A stretch of 63,981 nt of DNA, filler included, from Ionaspis alba (lineage: Eukaryota), in assembly GCA_964255285.1 (NCBI GenBank). It is 3 parts of 3 records of this genome, joined end to end, with 100 filler letters (N's around TTAATTAATTAA, not from the genome) between each part and the next. Parts side by side here need not be neighbours in the genome. Positions count along the whole stretch, not along the records: positions 45,381 to 63,981 come from CAXUUL010000287.1; 2 more parts are not named here. One strand, written 5' to 3'. A model generated the notes under the pieces. That model was not told the origin of the DNA. It worked only from the letters and a program-made list of their open reading frames with translations, and ran no database searches. How positions within the stretch are numbered: the first letter of the stretch is position 1; every line of letters begins with the position of its first letter. This document shows, piece after piece, positions 49,740-61,779 of this stretch. A program made the position numbers and the translations under genes.

Positions 49740-52231
49740 ATGACAATCAATTCCGTACGAGTCTTGGAGCCTGCAAACTTCTCTGCGCAGACCTCAGGTC
49801 GCACGTCCGGTCGAAGTAGTCCTAAACCGCCGCCACGAGTATGGCAAGCATCTGATCCGCCATTCCGAGGGTACCAGCCTGCTCTATCCGATGGCTATCA
49901 GCAAAGTTCTTCTTCTACGGCAATTGTGATTGACAATGGTGCGAACCACCAGGCCCCTTGAAGCTTAAGAGAATAAAAGCTGAAATGTTGATCAGGCGCG
50001 AGTCTACTCCGAGCAGGCTGGTCCTTCGACAAGAAACCACGACTGTCGTTCCCTGCCAACGTGGCACGATTTCGAGACCGGAAGCTCAATCGCACATGTA
50101 TGTACGTCGGATACGATGCATACGCCGATGCCACCACACGAGGCCAGATACGCTACGCGTTCGAGCCAGGGACTAGTATAGTGGGCAATTGGGACGTGAT
50201 GGAAGGCGTTCTAGACTATACGTTTCTCAACTTGGGCGTGGACGGTGCAGAAGGTGGTGTGGGACGGCCCATTGTGATGACGGAGCCGGTTGCAAACTTG
50301 GGATACTCGAGAAAGAGTACGTGTAGAGACTTGCGACAAAGCGGACTGGACTAAAGAGATGTAGGCATGAACGAAATTCTCTTCGAGTGCTATACTGCGC
50401 CTTCCGTTGCGTATGGAGTCGACGCCCTTTTCTCATACAAGTACAACAGGGGTACCAACGGACTGGTTATCTCGTCTTCACATTCTTCTACGCACCTAAT
50501 ACCAGTCCTGAACTCAAAACCGATGCTCTCAAACATTTCCCGACTCAACTGGGGAGGTTACCATGGTGCTGAGTATCTACTCAAACTGCTGAAACTCAAG
50601 TACCCGACCTTCCCGGGTAAGCTTACAGAGGCACAAGCTCAAGAGATGGTCCGAGAGCACTGCTATATATCGCAAGATTTCGACAATGAAATGCGGCATT
50701 TCTTAGACTGGTCAGGTCTGGAGGATAGGGATCACCTCATTCAATATGCCTTCACGGAGCATGTGGTTGTGGAGAAGACGGAAGAGGAATTGGCAAAGAT
50801 TGCGGAGCGGAAGAAGGAAAGCGGCCGGAGATTGCAAGAACAGGCAGCGAAAATGAGACTGGACAAGCTGGTTCGGAAAGAGCAGGAGTTGGAGTACTTC
50901 AAGGATCTTCAGGAGCGCTTGGCTTCACAGACGAAGAAAGAGATTAAGCGTCTCCTGGACGAAGATGAGTTCAAGGATGAAGCCCAGCTTGACAAAACGA
51001 TCAAGGAACTTGAGAAGTCTATAAGAAAAGCGCGTAATAAGGATGTTGGTGGACCAGAAAATCCAGAGGAAGAGGAAGTAGCTTCATTTCCCCTTTTGGA
51101 TATCCCCGACGAGGAATTAGATGAAGCTGGTCTGAAGCAAAAGCGTCATCAACGGTTGATGAAATCCGGCGTCGAAGCGCGGGCAAGAGCGAAAGTTGAA
51201 AAAGAGCAAGAAAAGGCTCGAATAGCTGAAGAAGAGCGACTCGATGAAGAGAAACGGGAAAACGACCTAGAAGGCTGGCTCGAAGAGAAGCGCGCAGCGA
51301 GAACGGTAAGGCCCTCCACACCATCACCTAAAGTACACAACTGACGCTCCCCTCCCAGTCCTTCCTCCAACGCATCAAAGACAAAGACCGCTTCAAAGCC
51401 GATCTGGGCAACCGCAAATCCCTCGCCAGCCAGCTCCGCATGAAAACCCTCGCGAGCCTCGCGTCCGATACACCGGGCAAGAAGCGACGCCGCGGTGGCG
51501 ACGACGACAACTTCGGTGCCAACGACGATGACTGGGGCGTCTACCGCACTGTGCAGACCGGCGACGCCAGCGACGACGAAGAAGAGGAAGATCTGCCAGC
51601 CGGGCTCAAAAGCGTCGAGGCGCTACTGCTACAACACGATCCGAACTTTTCGGAGAGCAATACCCTGGAGGCGCAATCAGACTGGACGAAGAGCTTGGTA
51701 CATGCTTTCTTGCGTGGTCCGAGGCCATTCGATCCCGAGAGCCAGAAAGAGGCAAACCAGCTGCATCTCAACGTCGAGAGGATTCGCGTGCCGGAAGTTG
51801 TGTTTCAGCCTGCCATTGCTGGGCTGGATCAAGCGGGTCTGATCGAAATTGCAGCAGATATCCTGAATCAACGGTTGAGCTCGCCCCAGGATAGGCAGGC
51901 ACTTCTCAAGGATGTTTTTTTGACGGGTGGTAATACACTATTTCAAGGGTTCGAGGAGAGGTTGACAAGGGAATTGAGGGCTGTATTGCCGATCGATGCG
52001 TCGTTAACAGTGAGGAAGGCTAAGGATCCGTTGATTGATGCTTGGAAGGGTGCGGCGGAGTGGGCAAGGGAGCCGGGTTTCAAGGGTATGTCGGTGACGC
52101 GAGAGGAGTATTTGGAGAAGGGGTCGGAGTATTTGAAGGTATGTCGCTCATAAAGTGAATGGAATCTTTTACCTCGGAGGCTAATTTGGACCTCTCAGGA
52201 GCACGATCTCGGTAACTCAATTGGGGTGTGA
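49740..52231 (+). CDS. ARP5: Actin-related protein Arp5 (INO80 complex), multi-exon
   Basis: AIVIDNG, RPIVMTEP, MNEILFECY, Arp5 insertion ERKKESGRRLQEQAAKMR, LHLNVERIRVPEVVFQP, VFLTGGNT; last exon EHDLGNSIGV*. Confidence 0.95.
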
Positions 52232-52370
52232 GGGGACTGTTTCGGGAGTCATGCGGTATTGCTAGGTCGGAATTGTTCATTGCGAGTTCCAAAGTGCTGC
52301 AGGGGTGGGCGGTCGAGGTAAAATCTTGACCTCTAGCTATCGTTTGTATCATTGCTAATGAATGGCGCAG

Positions 52371-52470
52371 NNNNNNNNNNNNNNNNNNNNNNNNNNNNNN
52401 NNNNNNNNNNNNNNNNNNNNNNNNNNNNNNNNNNNNNNNNNNNNNNNNNNNNNNNNNNNNNNNNNNNNNN
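52371..52470. other. Assembly gap with duplicated flanks (probably overlapping contigs)
   Basis: 52316-52370 is repeated exactly at 52471-52525. Confidence 0.9.
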
Positions 52471-52935
52471 AGGTAAAATCTTGACCTCTAGCTATCGTTT
52501 GTATCATTGCTAATGAATGGCGCAGTATCTATTGCTGTCATCTAGAACGTACCAGGCGCAACGACTTTCATCAGGATTATCTAGATGCTACTTTGCAAAC
52601 GCAAACCATATGATCAACATCAGACCATACCATTGAAACACGAAGGCATCTATTTTAATTTCGTGCTAGTATGATATTTGCACCATTAACAATAGTGAGC
52701 AACAGTCGGCAGAGCCACACCGCAATATCTTGTCGATATGTCATCCTCGAAGATCGATACGCCAAGCATCCACAACGCCAGGAAAAGCACCTAGCAAGAG
52801 TAAAAAGCCGCGCAAGCAAAAGCCTTCGACAGCTGTCCTTATAACACACTCCCACCTCCATTCCCGCCATGCACGCGAAAGCACCAGCAGTCAACCTCCC
52901 TAAACCCAAACGCCATCATCAATCTCAAACCTCAT

Positions 52936-54087
52936 CTAAGCCGACGCAGACGTAACAGCAGTCCCCTGCCCCAACTGCGGCTCCCTTCCCTCCTGCATCT
53001 GCACATCCATACCACTCCTTCCCCTGCCCTCTCCAAGATCAGCAACCGCCTGCGCAGCACTCGCCTGCAACTGACTCATCGCCGCGCTCGCCATCGGCGC
53101 CGTCGGAGCCGGCGGCAGGGGATGCGAATGCTGATGCAAAGTCTCGCCGGTATTGCGCGGTCGCTCGAGTTCGATATTGCTAGGCGCTGGCGGGTAGTCG
53201 CCTTGGGACTCGATGAGCCGTGATTGCAAGTTGATGATGTAGTCGCGCAGCTGGTAGTTTTCGGCCTGGACGGCTTTGTAGTTTTCATGGAGGAGGTTGT
53301 AGTCGCGGACTTGCTCTTCGAGTTTCTTGATGTGGCCTTCTTTGCGTTGGCGGAAGGCCCGCTGGTGGTGAGTAGTCAGATGTTAGTAAGCTGGGCTTTG
53401 TCATGGTTTGAGGGTTTTGTTCGTTGTTTTTTATTTTTATTTTGGAGCGATAACTCCGAGAAAATTGCACTTCGCATCATGTTTTGCGTAGTCGCCGAAA
53501 ACGAAAATCGTAATGGTATTTGAGTGCGCAAAACTTACCTGTGCTGCTCGGTTTTGCGCTGCGCGCTTCGATGTCGATAATTCTCGCTTTCCGCCTTTCT
53601 TGCCGTCGCTACCGTTGTCGTCGCCGCCGCTCTCGCCTGGGCTATTGCTCATCATACCGGAACCTGCGATCGCGGGATCGATATTTTGAACCTGTTGCTG
53701 TACTGGACTGTTCCCTCGTAAGTCTGGAAGGCCGTGAGTCCTTTGGAGGGGAGGAGAACGCTGCGCATGTGCAAGCAATTGCTCTCGGAGGACTGCGTGG
53801 CATTAATCAATGATATGTCAGCAATCGCACTTTTCGGATATGGATAGACCTTTATCCCATTCTGCCAAAGACGGAGCGGATGGCAAAATGCTTTGATTAC
53901 TCACCCTGTTCGGAGGCATGGCTGTCCTGAGGTGAGACGGACGTCAGCTATGTATGTTGGTTACATTGGGACCCCTCGTACGCGGGCGGGGAAAGAGGAG
54001 TTTCGAAGGCGAAGGACGCTCAGCGGGGCTTACTTGTGTCGACGACGATTGCAACATGTGTGGTGCTGGAGCCAGCGCTGGTTGCAT
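52936..54087 (-). CDS. kapC: Yap-like bZIP transcription factor, kapC type, multi-exon
   Basis: Starts MQPALAPAPH; basic region KRELSTSKRAAQNRAAQ/RAFRQRKEGHIKKLEEQV; zipper ENYQLRDYIINLQSRLIESQG. Confidence 0.8.
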
Positions 54088-55249
54088 GATGGCTCTCTCA
54101 GCGCGCAAGATGACTAAGATTTGTGGATTACACGGTCCCCTTCGGACTTTGGGAGGTAGGATTCGATATCTGCGGAAACTGACAAAGCGTGTCTTGGAAG
54201 GTAAATTGCTGAGTACTATGTGGACGGTTGGCGACCTGAAAGTTGCAGAAACTTTCCTGCTACTCCTGTATAGATTGTCTCGAATATCAGAGGCGCGGGG
54301 ATGTTTTCTTCATACAAGATCGCGGTCTGAAGGATCTTGCTCTTTTCACTGTATTCCTTTAGAGAATTGATGACGGGGGATTAGTCAGTCATGAGGCAAG
54401 AAAATCGAGGAAATCCATCGCGCGAAGCTTTATCCGAGGTCTTCCGTCGGCATGAAATGGCCGAGGAGCCGATTGCCGACTTTTCCCCGCATATAAGCCG
54501 GTATAACTTTCATATCCTATCATAGCCTGTCATTATCTTTGATGCGTAAACAACGGAAAGTCGAGACTGGTACATCCACCTCTCACGATAGCTCGAGGGG
54601 AGATCAAGGATCGAAGTAGCTGCAGTCGTCAGCTAGAACGACACGACAAGAGCCCACACTGCAGAATCCTGTAAGACGTTAATGGCTTTCTCCCGGAGGT
54701 ATAGGGAGGTTATGCGAGACTAAAGTCACCATTACTAGATATGAGCTGGAACTTCAAAGACAAAACTGTGATTCATGATCTGGACTGCTATGTCTCCTAT
54801 CAAGACAATACCCAGATGCTCTCGCTCGATCGAGATATCCTATCCACTAGATTACATGATTTTCCACCAGGTACAATGCCACGCTGAAACCATGCATCAT
54901 CAAACAAGAACAAACCCTAGACCAAATGCATCGCAAACACAAAGTATCCATCGCAAGCAAGTACAGTAAGTATTTATTGATCTTCGAAGAGCACGTCGGT
55001 CTCGTTATGGAGGGTAATAAGCAGCCACCAGGGCTTGCTCCTATGCCTCTGAGAATCCGAACAATGCAATATTAGTGTCGGTCATAGCAGAGGCATCAGT
55101 GAGTAGTCGTGAAAGTCTTCTCGTATGTCTCTGAGCGTCCGAAAGGTGTAGTGAGTATGTCAGGCTCAGCGGAGATGGTCGCAAAGAGAGTTGTAAGTCG
55201 GTAGATATGACTTCTCCTTTGCGTCCGAGAATCTGAACGTTGAAAATGC

Positions 55250-57152
55250 TTATTCGGCAGCAACGCTGGCCAGCATCGAGAATTGTCCGCCACAGCCGGA
55301 CCAGATAAGCTTCTTGCCACGGACAGCAGTGTTGTCGATCCAGGTGGCTTGCTCGACATCCTCGTCGGTTCCCTGTCCAGTCTGGTAGTTTGCCGAGAAG
55401 CCCCATGACCAGGCCTTGCCCTCTTCGGTGACGATGACGCTGGTGTCTGTTCCTGCGGCTGCGTGGATGGTTTTGCCCATGCCTGGGACTTCGGTCGGAT
55501 TCATCAGGATGCGCGGGTTGTTTGCTTCATCTCTGATCACGTCTTCCTCCGGGAGGGTTTTGATGTCGAGTCCAGATTGGTAGCCGTCGAGACGTCCCCA
55601 GACTAAGCATCGACCATCGGCTGTGACAGCAATAGAGTGATGAGCGCCACCAGTCAGAGCGATGACCTCCTTATCAGTGAGACTGTCGACAACTGCTGGC
55701 TTTAGGATCACAGCATCGTCCTCTCCCGCATTATCATCGTGTCCAGTTTCTCCGTAGTTGTTCAGACCCCAAGACCAGACCTTACCGGACTTGTCGATGG
55801 CGAACGAGTGGTAGGCGCCGCAGTTGATGTAAGTGACCTTGTTCTTTGGAAGGCCGAACTGGCGAGGGACGAGGCCGTTCATGCGAGTGCGCTCAACAAC
55901 GCGACGACCAAGCTGGTTCTGCTGGCCGGATCCCCAAGCAGAGACGTTCCCCTTCTCATCGAGTGCCAAGACGTGGTTGTCACCGCAGACGATGCTCGTA
56001 ATCTTGGTCAAGCCAGGGACGCGGATGAGAGTGGTCTGAATCTTGGAGGATGAGGAGAAGCCCAAGATTCCTTCGTTGCCCTGTGTCGAATTGTCAGCAC
56101 TGCGCAAAGTGATAGGAAATAGATGGCGACATACTCGGAATGTTCCACATCCATACACATGACCTTCATCAGTGAGTGCCATGGTGACACTGTCTCCAGC
56201 AGCGACTTGAGTAAAAACTGTGCCGTTGGGAACATTCTCCATCGAGGCAGCAGCAGGGTTGGCTTCCAAAGGGTTGAGCCCACTGTCATCAGTCTCTCCA
56301 GCAGTGACTCTTCCCAAGGTGCCTTGGTCGTTGACGCCCCAAGTCAAGATCTGGTTGTCGTGAGTCAAGGCGACAGCATGCATTCCACCGGCAGCAAGCT
56401 GAACGACTCCGACATCTTCGGCAGAGAGAAGAGGGTTGAGGCGAGGTCGCTTCACGTCAGTAATCGCTGGTGGTCCCTCAGTGCCAAGACCCAGCTCTCC
56501 AGAAGATCCTTCGCCAAAGACGTAGACGTCGAGCTTCTCTTTCGGCGCCTCGTTGATGACCACCTTGCGCTTTGGCTTGGCGGCAGCCTTTGGTGCACCA
56601 CGCGGCTTCTTCGCGGGAGGCTTCTCTTCCTCGTCGTCCGACTCTTCCTCTTCCTTCTTGCGACCGCGCTTGGTCGCGGTGGTCTTGGTGGTGGTCGTCG
56701 TCGTCGTCGTGGCTTTGGCCTTTCCTTTGGCGGCCTTGGTGGTGGTGGTGGAGGGACCCTTTGCAGCGGGCTTCGATTTGCCCTTTGGCGCTGCCTTGGT
56801 CGCGCCCTTTGCTGCCTTGGTCGGGGCAGCTCCCTCTGTAAGCCCGTTAGTATGTTGGAAGGTAGTAGGAATAATGCGAAAACACGTACTCTTCTGGACT
56901 GAAGCCGATGGCTTCATGTCAATCTCTACTGCTCTCTTGAGCAGAAGCTTCTCGGTCTTGTTGAAGACCTTCTGTGGGTGGTCGTGCCTTTCGTCAACAA
57001 GGCACTGCATTGCCTCCTACACAAAATAAATAAATATTAGCCGACATTCCTTGCATGCCAAGGCACTATCAGAGGTAGGGGTCAAGCTTAGCCGCAGCGC
57101 GGCGACAGCGGCTTTGGAGCAGCTTTCGCTAGCTTACCGAAGCCTTCGTCAT
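55250..57152 (-). CDS. pim1: RCC1 Ran guanine-nucleotide exchange factor (Pim1/Srm1); 5' exon structure tentative
   Basis: RCC1 repeats VFGEGSSGELGLG, AAGGMHAVAL, TWGVNDQGTLGR, WGSGQQNQLGR, WSWGFSANYQTG; Lys/Thr-rich basic N-terminal tail. Confidence 0.92.
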
Positions 57153-57894
57153 TTTGAGGGTAGGGGGAGGTCTGAGATGTGTAGGAAGAAGTTTGATGGG
57201 GATGAAGAGGCAGACCAGCTGCTATGCTTGTGCGATAGAAGAATTGGTACAATGAACGGAGAGGAAGTGTGCTGTGGGATTCTTGAGGAAGAAAGAAGAA
57301 GAAGAGAAGAAGCAGGAGAGGAAGTAGAATTTATAGACGTACCTTTGCACTAACTCAACACTTGCCAGCCTTCTCATATATTTACAATGAATATGGTGGT
57401 GTTGAAGGGCGACAATAGGACGCACAATAGCAGCAAGTCTGCAATGCTGAACGGTCAATAGGCCGCACAATAGCAATGGCTCTACGATGCTAAATCGTCA
57501 ATAGGCGCACCACCATACGCATTCAATTCTACTCACCTGGGCTGTGATATTACTCTGCAACAATAAGACTTCAGGCAGAAGCCTAGTCTCTTGATATCGA
57601 CAATATGAGCTCGCAGTGGGCGAGATTCTTCTGGTAGGCTATGGGAGTGTACGTGCAGGAGTTGGACCCTGTAGAGGCGAGGTCAAGTTGTAATTCCCTT
57701 GGCTTACAGCTGCCCAGTTATAAGTTAAGCAGGGTATATATTTTGGTGTGATCAAAATGTATGGGATAGATGCGAGATGGATCTGATCAATTTATATTTC
57801 ACTAGGACTGGTAGACAACACCATAGCCTTCGACACGTAATGCTAGATACAAATATGTGCAGCTGCCACTTCATCCTATAACACATCCTTTCCT

Positions 57895-60286
57895 TCACTT
57901 GTCCTTCTTTGCCTCACTGGGCGCCATTTTCGCAATGAGACCGGTTCCAACCTTGACAGTCTCTTCCCAGCCTTTCTGCCTTGACCAGAAATGGTCGACC
58001 GGTGTCGCCGTCGTCAAGCTACCTTGTCGAGCATCCTCTTCTAGAGACGACCGAGTAATCTTCTCAGTGGCACTGCTGGGAGGTAATTCCATAGCATCAT
58101 CACCAAATGTCTCCTGTAGATATCGTTTGCGAACCATGAAACGCTCTCCTCGCTCCTTCTCCATGCCTGGGGAATCCAGCTTAGAGACACCAAGTCGAAT
58201 AGCCCAGCGGACAAGAAGATATACGTGCTCGGAGAAGAATATCGTGAGAAGAAGAGCCCAGCCTTTGATAGTAGCGGGAGTGCCATCTGGTCCCATGCCA
58301 TCATTGCTGAATAGATATACGAGTGCCGCAGTCGTGATGCTGCCCAACCAAGAGAGAAATTCGAGGCTATCAAGCCAGGGCCCAATGCTGTCAGCTCTGT
58401 GTGGCGTTGGGCGTTGCATCTCAACACAGATCTTGATTGCATCACCACGCAGTTCGATCCAGTCATTGATGATAAATGACACAGGTGTCAGCGGCCATAC
58501 CACTGAAAATAGTGCTAGATAGCCGAATTGAACAACCATTTCCCTAAGATCCGATGTTACATCGTAAACATCGAGTGTAGCTTCGTTCCTCACCCTGGTT
58601 AGAAAGTCGGCTTCTTCGGGGTGGTCGTTGATACTTGCACCGGGTGCTGCGCCGCCCTTCCTCGCAGCCCGCTCAGTCTTCATCTCCTGGTATTTCATAA
58701 ACCCTTGTCGTTTGACATAAGGAACGACGACCTCCAGGGCGAAGTTAACTATCTGCGCTGTGACGGTGAAGTAGATTACTTGTTTGCGCAGTCTCGCAGG
58801 ATTGATCTCGAATCCCACTTTAGGTGCAGTGAGCTGTTTCTCGTGCTCTGCAAAGGGTCTAGCGGTAAGACTGAAGACATCAAGATAGGGGACGATGATG
58901 CTTCCAAATGGCACATAGACAAAGGCCGTGAGGAAGATGGGTAGATACGAGGTGATGAAGTTGAGAATGAAGAGCTTCCGAGTCATCGCATTTTCGTAGC
59001 TCTCCGTTGTTTCCCAGTTTTCGAAATCGTTGAGTTTGGTGGCGACACCTGTCAAGAGAGCCGTGAGGGTAGGTACAAGCGTAGTAAGAAGGCCAGTGGG
59101 AAGGAAAACCTGCATCTGTGAGCTTTGTCTTCGGATGAAAGGAGTGGCATACCAGAACGCCTTTTAAAGGTCCATTATAAACTTCCGATAAGAAGATCTC
59201 AATACCAAAGCAAGTAGCAATGAGTGTCCCCAATGCTAGGGCTGCTAGTATAGCGAAAGGTATCTGTAATGCCTGTCGAGAGAGCCTCTTGGTGGCGGGA
59301 AAAATCTGGATGACCTCACCAGTCACAGGATCCTTGACCTCTTTTTCATGTTGGAACTCCTTCCTCTTTTCTTGGATTGCCGATACACCCTTCACACCCC
59401 AGCGAATACCAAGGTCGACCTCTTGCTTTTTCCAATATTCCACAAACGTGACACACCAGAGGACATTGACTATAGCGTAAACTGAAGAGAAGTGACCCAG
59501 GAGAACCCATGCTGAGAAACCGAAGGCTGCAGGGAATATCAGGAAAGCAAAATAAGACTGGGTAAAGGCGAAATAAAAGGCGATCAGGAGGCTCTGTCAG
59601 CAAGAAGTTAGGTCATCAGATACAGGATCAAGCATACCTTCTCTCCCAAGCGGTCCCTGATTTCGTCGAGATCCTCAGCCTTCAAAAAGGTAGTCGTACT
59701 CCACTTCTTTATCCAGGCTTTATTGAACGTATGGTCGTGCAATGGGAATATCGATTCCACATTCTTCCACTCACCCTGCTTGGGTGTAATACCTGCGCCA
59801 CCTTCCTCCCGGGGTCCCGTGATCATCTCATAGATGATTCGATATCGTTCGGCTTCTGTCATGGCCTGGGCGGTCAAGCTACTATGAGCTTCTCGGTCGG
59901 GCTGAGCAGCTCGAATGCCATAGAGCCAGTCCTTGACCCTGAGCACCATGCCGTGTCAGCTAAATCAGCGGTCGGGTGGGCCAGGAAGTTCTCCTACCTG
60001 GACCTATAGACCTCGTTGTTGAAGCGCTTGTCGGCATTGGCCTTGACAAAGACCAGTAGAGAACAGTTGTCTCCATTGCGGACTTCGAGCTTCAAACCCA
60101 ATCTTGCCAGTGCCAGAACCAGCTTCTCAAATCCGGCGGCTGCTTTTGACTTGTCTGCGGAGATTTTAGTAAGGTGCTGCAGCACATGCACAAAGCTCAC
60201 TCACCGGTGTCAGTGAAGCGGTAGCTTATCACGTAGTCCACATCGAGGTTAGAGTTCAGAGCAGCGCCCTTTGCGGGAGTCGACAT
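57895..60286 (-). CDS. IST2: Anoctamin/TMEM16 Ca2+-activated scramblase (IST2-like), multi-exon
   Basis: NLDVDYVISYRF start, IFPLHD, LDEIRDRLGEK, ENWET, DLREMVVQFGY, NDWIELRGDAIKI, RADSIGPW. Confidence 0.9.
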
Positions 60287-60652
60287 GGCAGCTGATGGCT
60301 CGGTGCAACGCAGGCACAGCAATTTCAGCTACCTCTTCTACTTTGAGCAATCTTCTACTACAGTCCAAGATTGAAATCAGTAAAAAGCGAATCCGTGGAA
60401 CGAATTGAAGAACTGGGAAGTGGGCAAACGCGAGCAATCCACGAAACGTCATTCTGCGTTGGCGGGGAACAGGGGTCCATCAATCCTACCGAGCCCGCGA
60501 TCTGGCCGAAATTAACGACCACCAATGAGCTTGGCTCTCGTCAACTGGGTGACTGACCAGTGCTTCTGGCACGCGCAAGCTTCGTACAGACATCAGACAT
60601 GCTGCTCTAGATCTCTCATCCACGACGCATAATCCTTGGAGCTCTCCGTACA

Positions 60653-61621
60653 ATGCCGCAGCTGATTGAACCTCCCAAAACCCCGTTTGATCCCCCAAGT
60701 CTTCTCTATGAGCTCTCCTCGGCCCCGTTCCACTACCTGATTCGCAAATTGCACGCTCTGTTGACCTCCCTCCGTGGTCCCGCCTATCCTTCCCCAGAGC
60801 CAAAAGACCGCATCCGCCTCATCTGCATCTCAGACACGCACAACGAAACCCTCTCCGTTCCGGAGGGGGACGTCCTTGTCCACGCTGGGGATTTGACAAC
60901 TACCGGCACAGCAGCTGAGATCCAAACACAAATCAATTGGCTGGCCTCCCTCCCCCATCCACACAAAATAGTGATATCAGGCAACCACGACAGTTACCTT
61001 GATCCGCGGTCACGGTCACCCTCAGATGCAGATAGCACTATCGACTGGAGTGGGATTCACTACTTGCAGCACTCGAATGTGGTGCTCAAATTCCCCAAAC
61101 AGGGAGGGCGAACGTTGAGTTTCTACGGCGCGCCACAGATACCGGAGTGTGGTGGCAAGGAATTTGCATTCCAGTATAAGCGGCAGGAAGACGCTTGGAG
61201 TGGAACGATACCGCCAGATACAGATGTTCTGGTCACGCATACGCCGCCCCGATATCACCTCGACTTACCAATAGGCATGGGATGTGAATTCCTGCTGGGA
61301 GAATTGTGGAAGGTCAGGCCGAGGGTGCATATTTTCGGACATGTACATGCGGGAAGAGGCAGCGAGCACGTGTTTTGGGATAGAGAGCAGCAGGCATATG
61401 AGAGTTTGTGTGGCTGTGGTGGAAAAAGAATGTCGTGGTGGCGGTTATTGATGCCTGGGACGTGGCTTGACATAGGGAGGATGGTTGTATGTGGTGTGTC
61501 TGGAGTCATGTGGACCAGGATTTGGGGGGCGGAAGGTGAAGGTACAGCCATGGTAAATGTGGCTGTAATTGACTGGAAAACTGGAAAGATAGGCTATGAA
61601 GCTCAAGTGGTTGACGTATAG
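60653..61621 (+). CDS. Calcineurin-like metallophosphoesterase (MPPED1/2-like), intronless
   Basis: CISDTH, HAGDLT, SGNHD, LVTHTPP and FGHVH metal-binding motifs. Confidence 0.9.
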   Translation: MPQLIEPPKTPFDPPSLLYELSSAPFHYLIRKLHALLTSLRGPAYPSPEPKDRIRLICISDTHNETLSVPEGDVLVHAGDLTTTGTAAEIQTQINWLASLPHPHKIVISGNHDSYLDPRSRSPSDADSTIDWSGIHYLQHSNVVLKFPKQGGRTLSFYGAPQIPECGGKEFAFQYKRQEDAWSGTIPPDTDVLVTHTPPRYHLDLPIGMGCEFLLGELWKVRPRVHIFGHVHAGRGSEHVFWDREQQAYESLCGCGGKRMSWWRLLMPGTWLDIGRMVVCGVSGVMWTRIWGAEGEGTAMVNVAVIDWKTGKIGYEAQVVDV

Positions 61622-61779
61622 CACCGGTATAGGAGAAACAGAACCAACTCACTGATGCCGATCCAGTCCAGCTTTATCTTGTCCAATCAATGCATTATAA
61701 TGCTATCATTGTATATAACAAACATCGATAAAATCCAATACATGAAAGAAAAATTGCATGTACAGTCCTTGCTCTTCTT

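Noticed and set aside
52316..52525. 55-bp exact direct repeat
   Set aside because: Flanks an N gap exactly; unmerged contig overlap.
56123..57029. Long + strand ORFs opposite RCC1
   Set aside because: Antisense shadows of a codon-biased gene.
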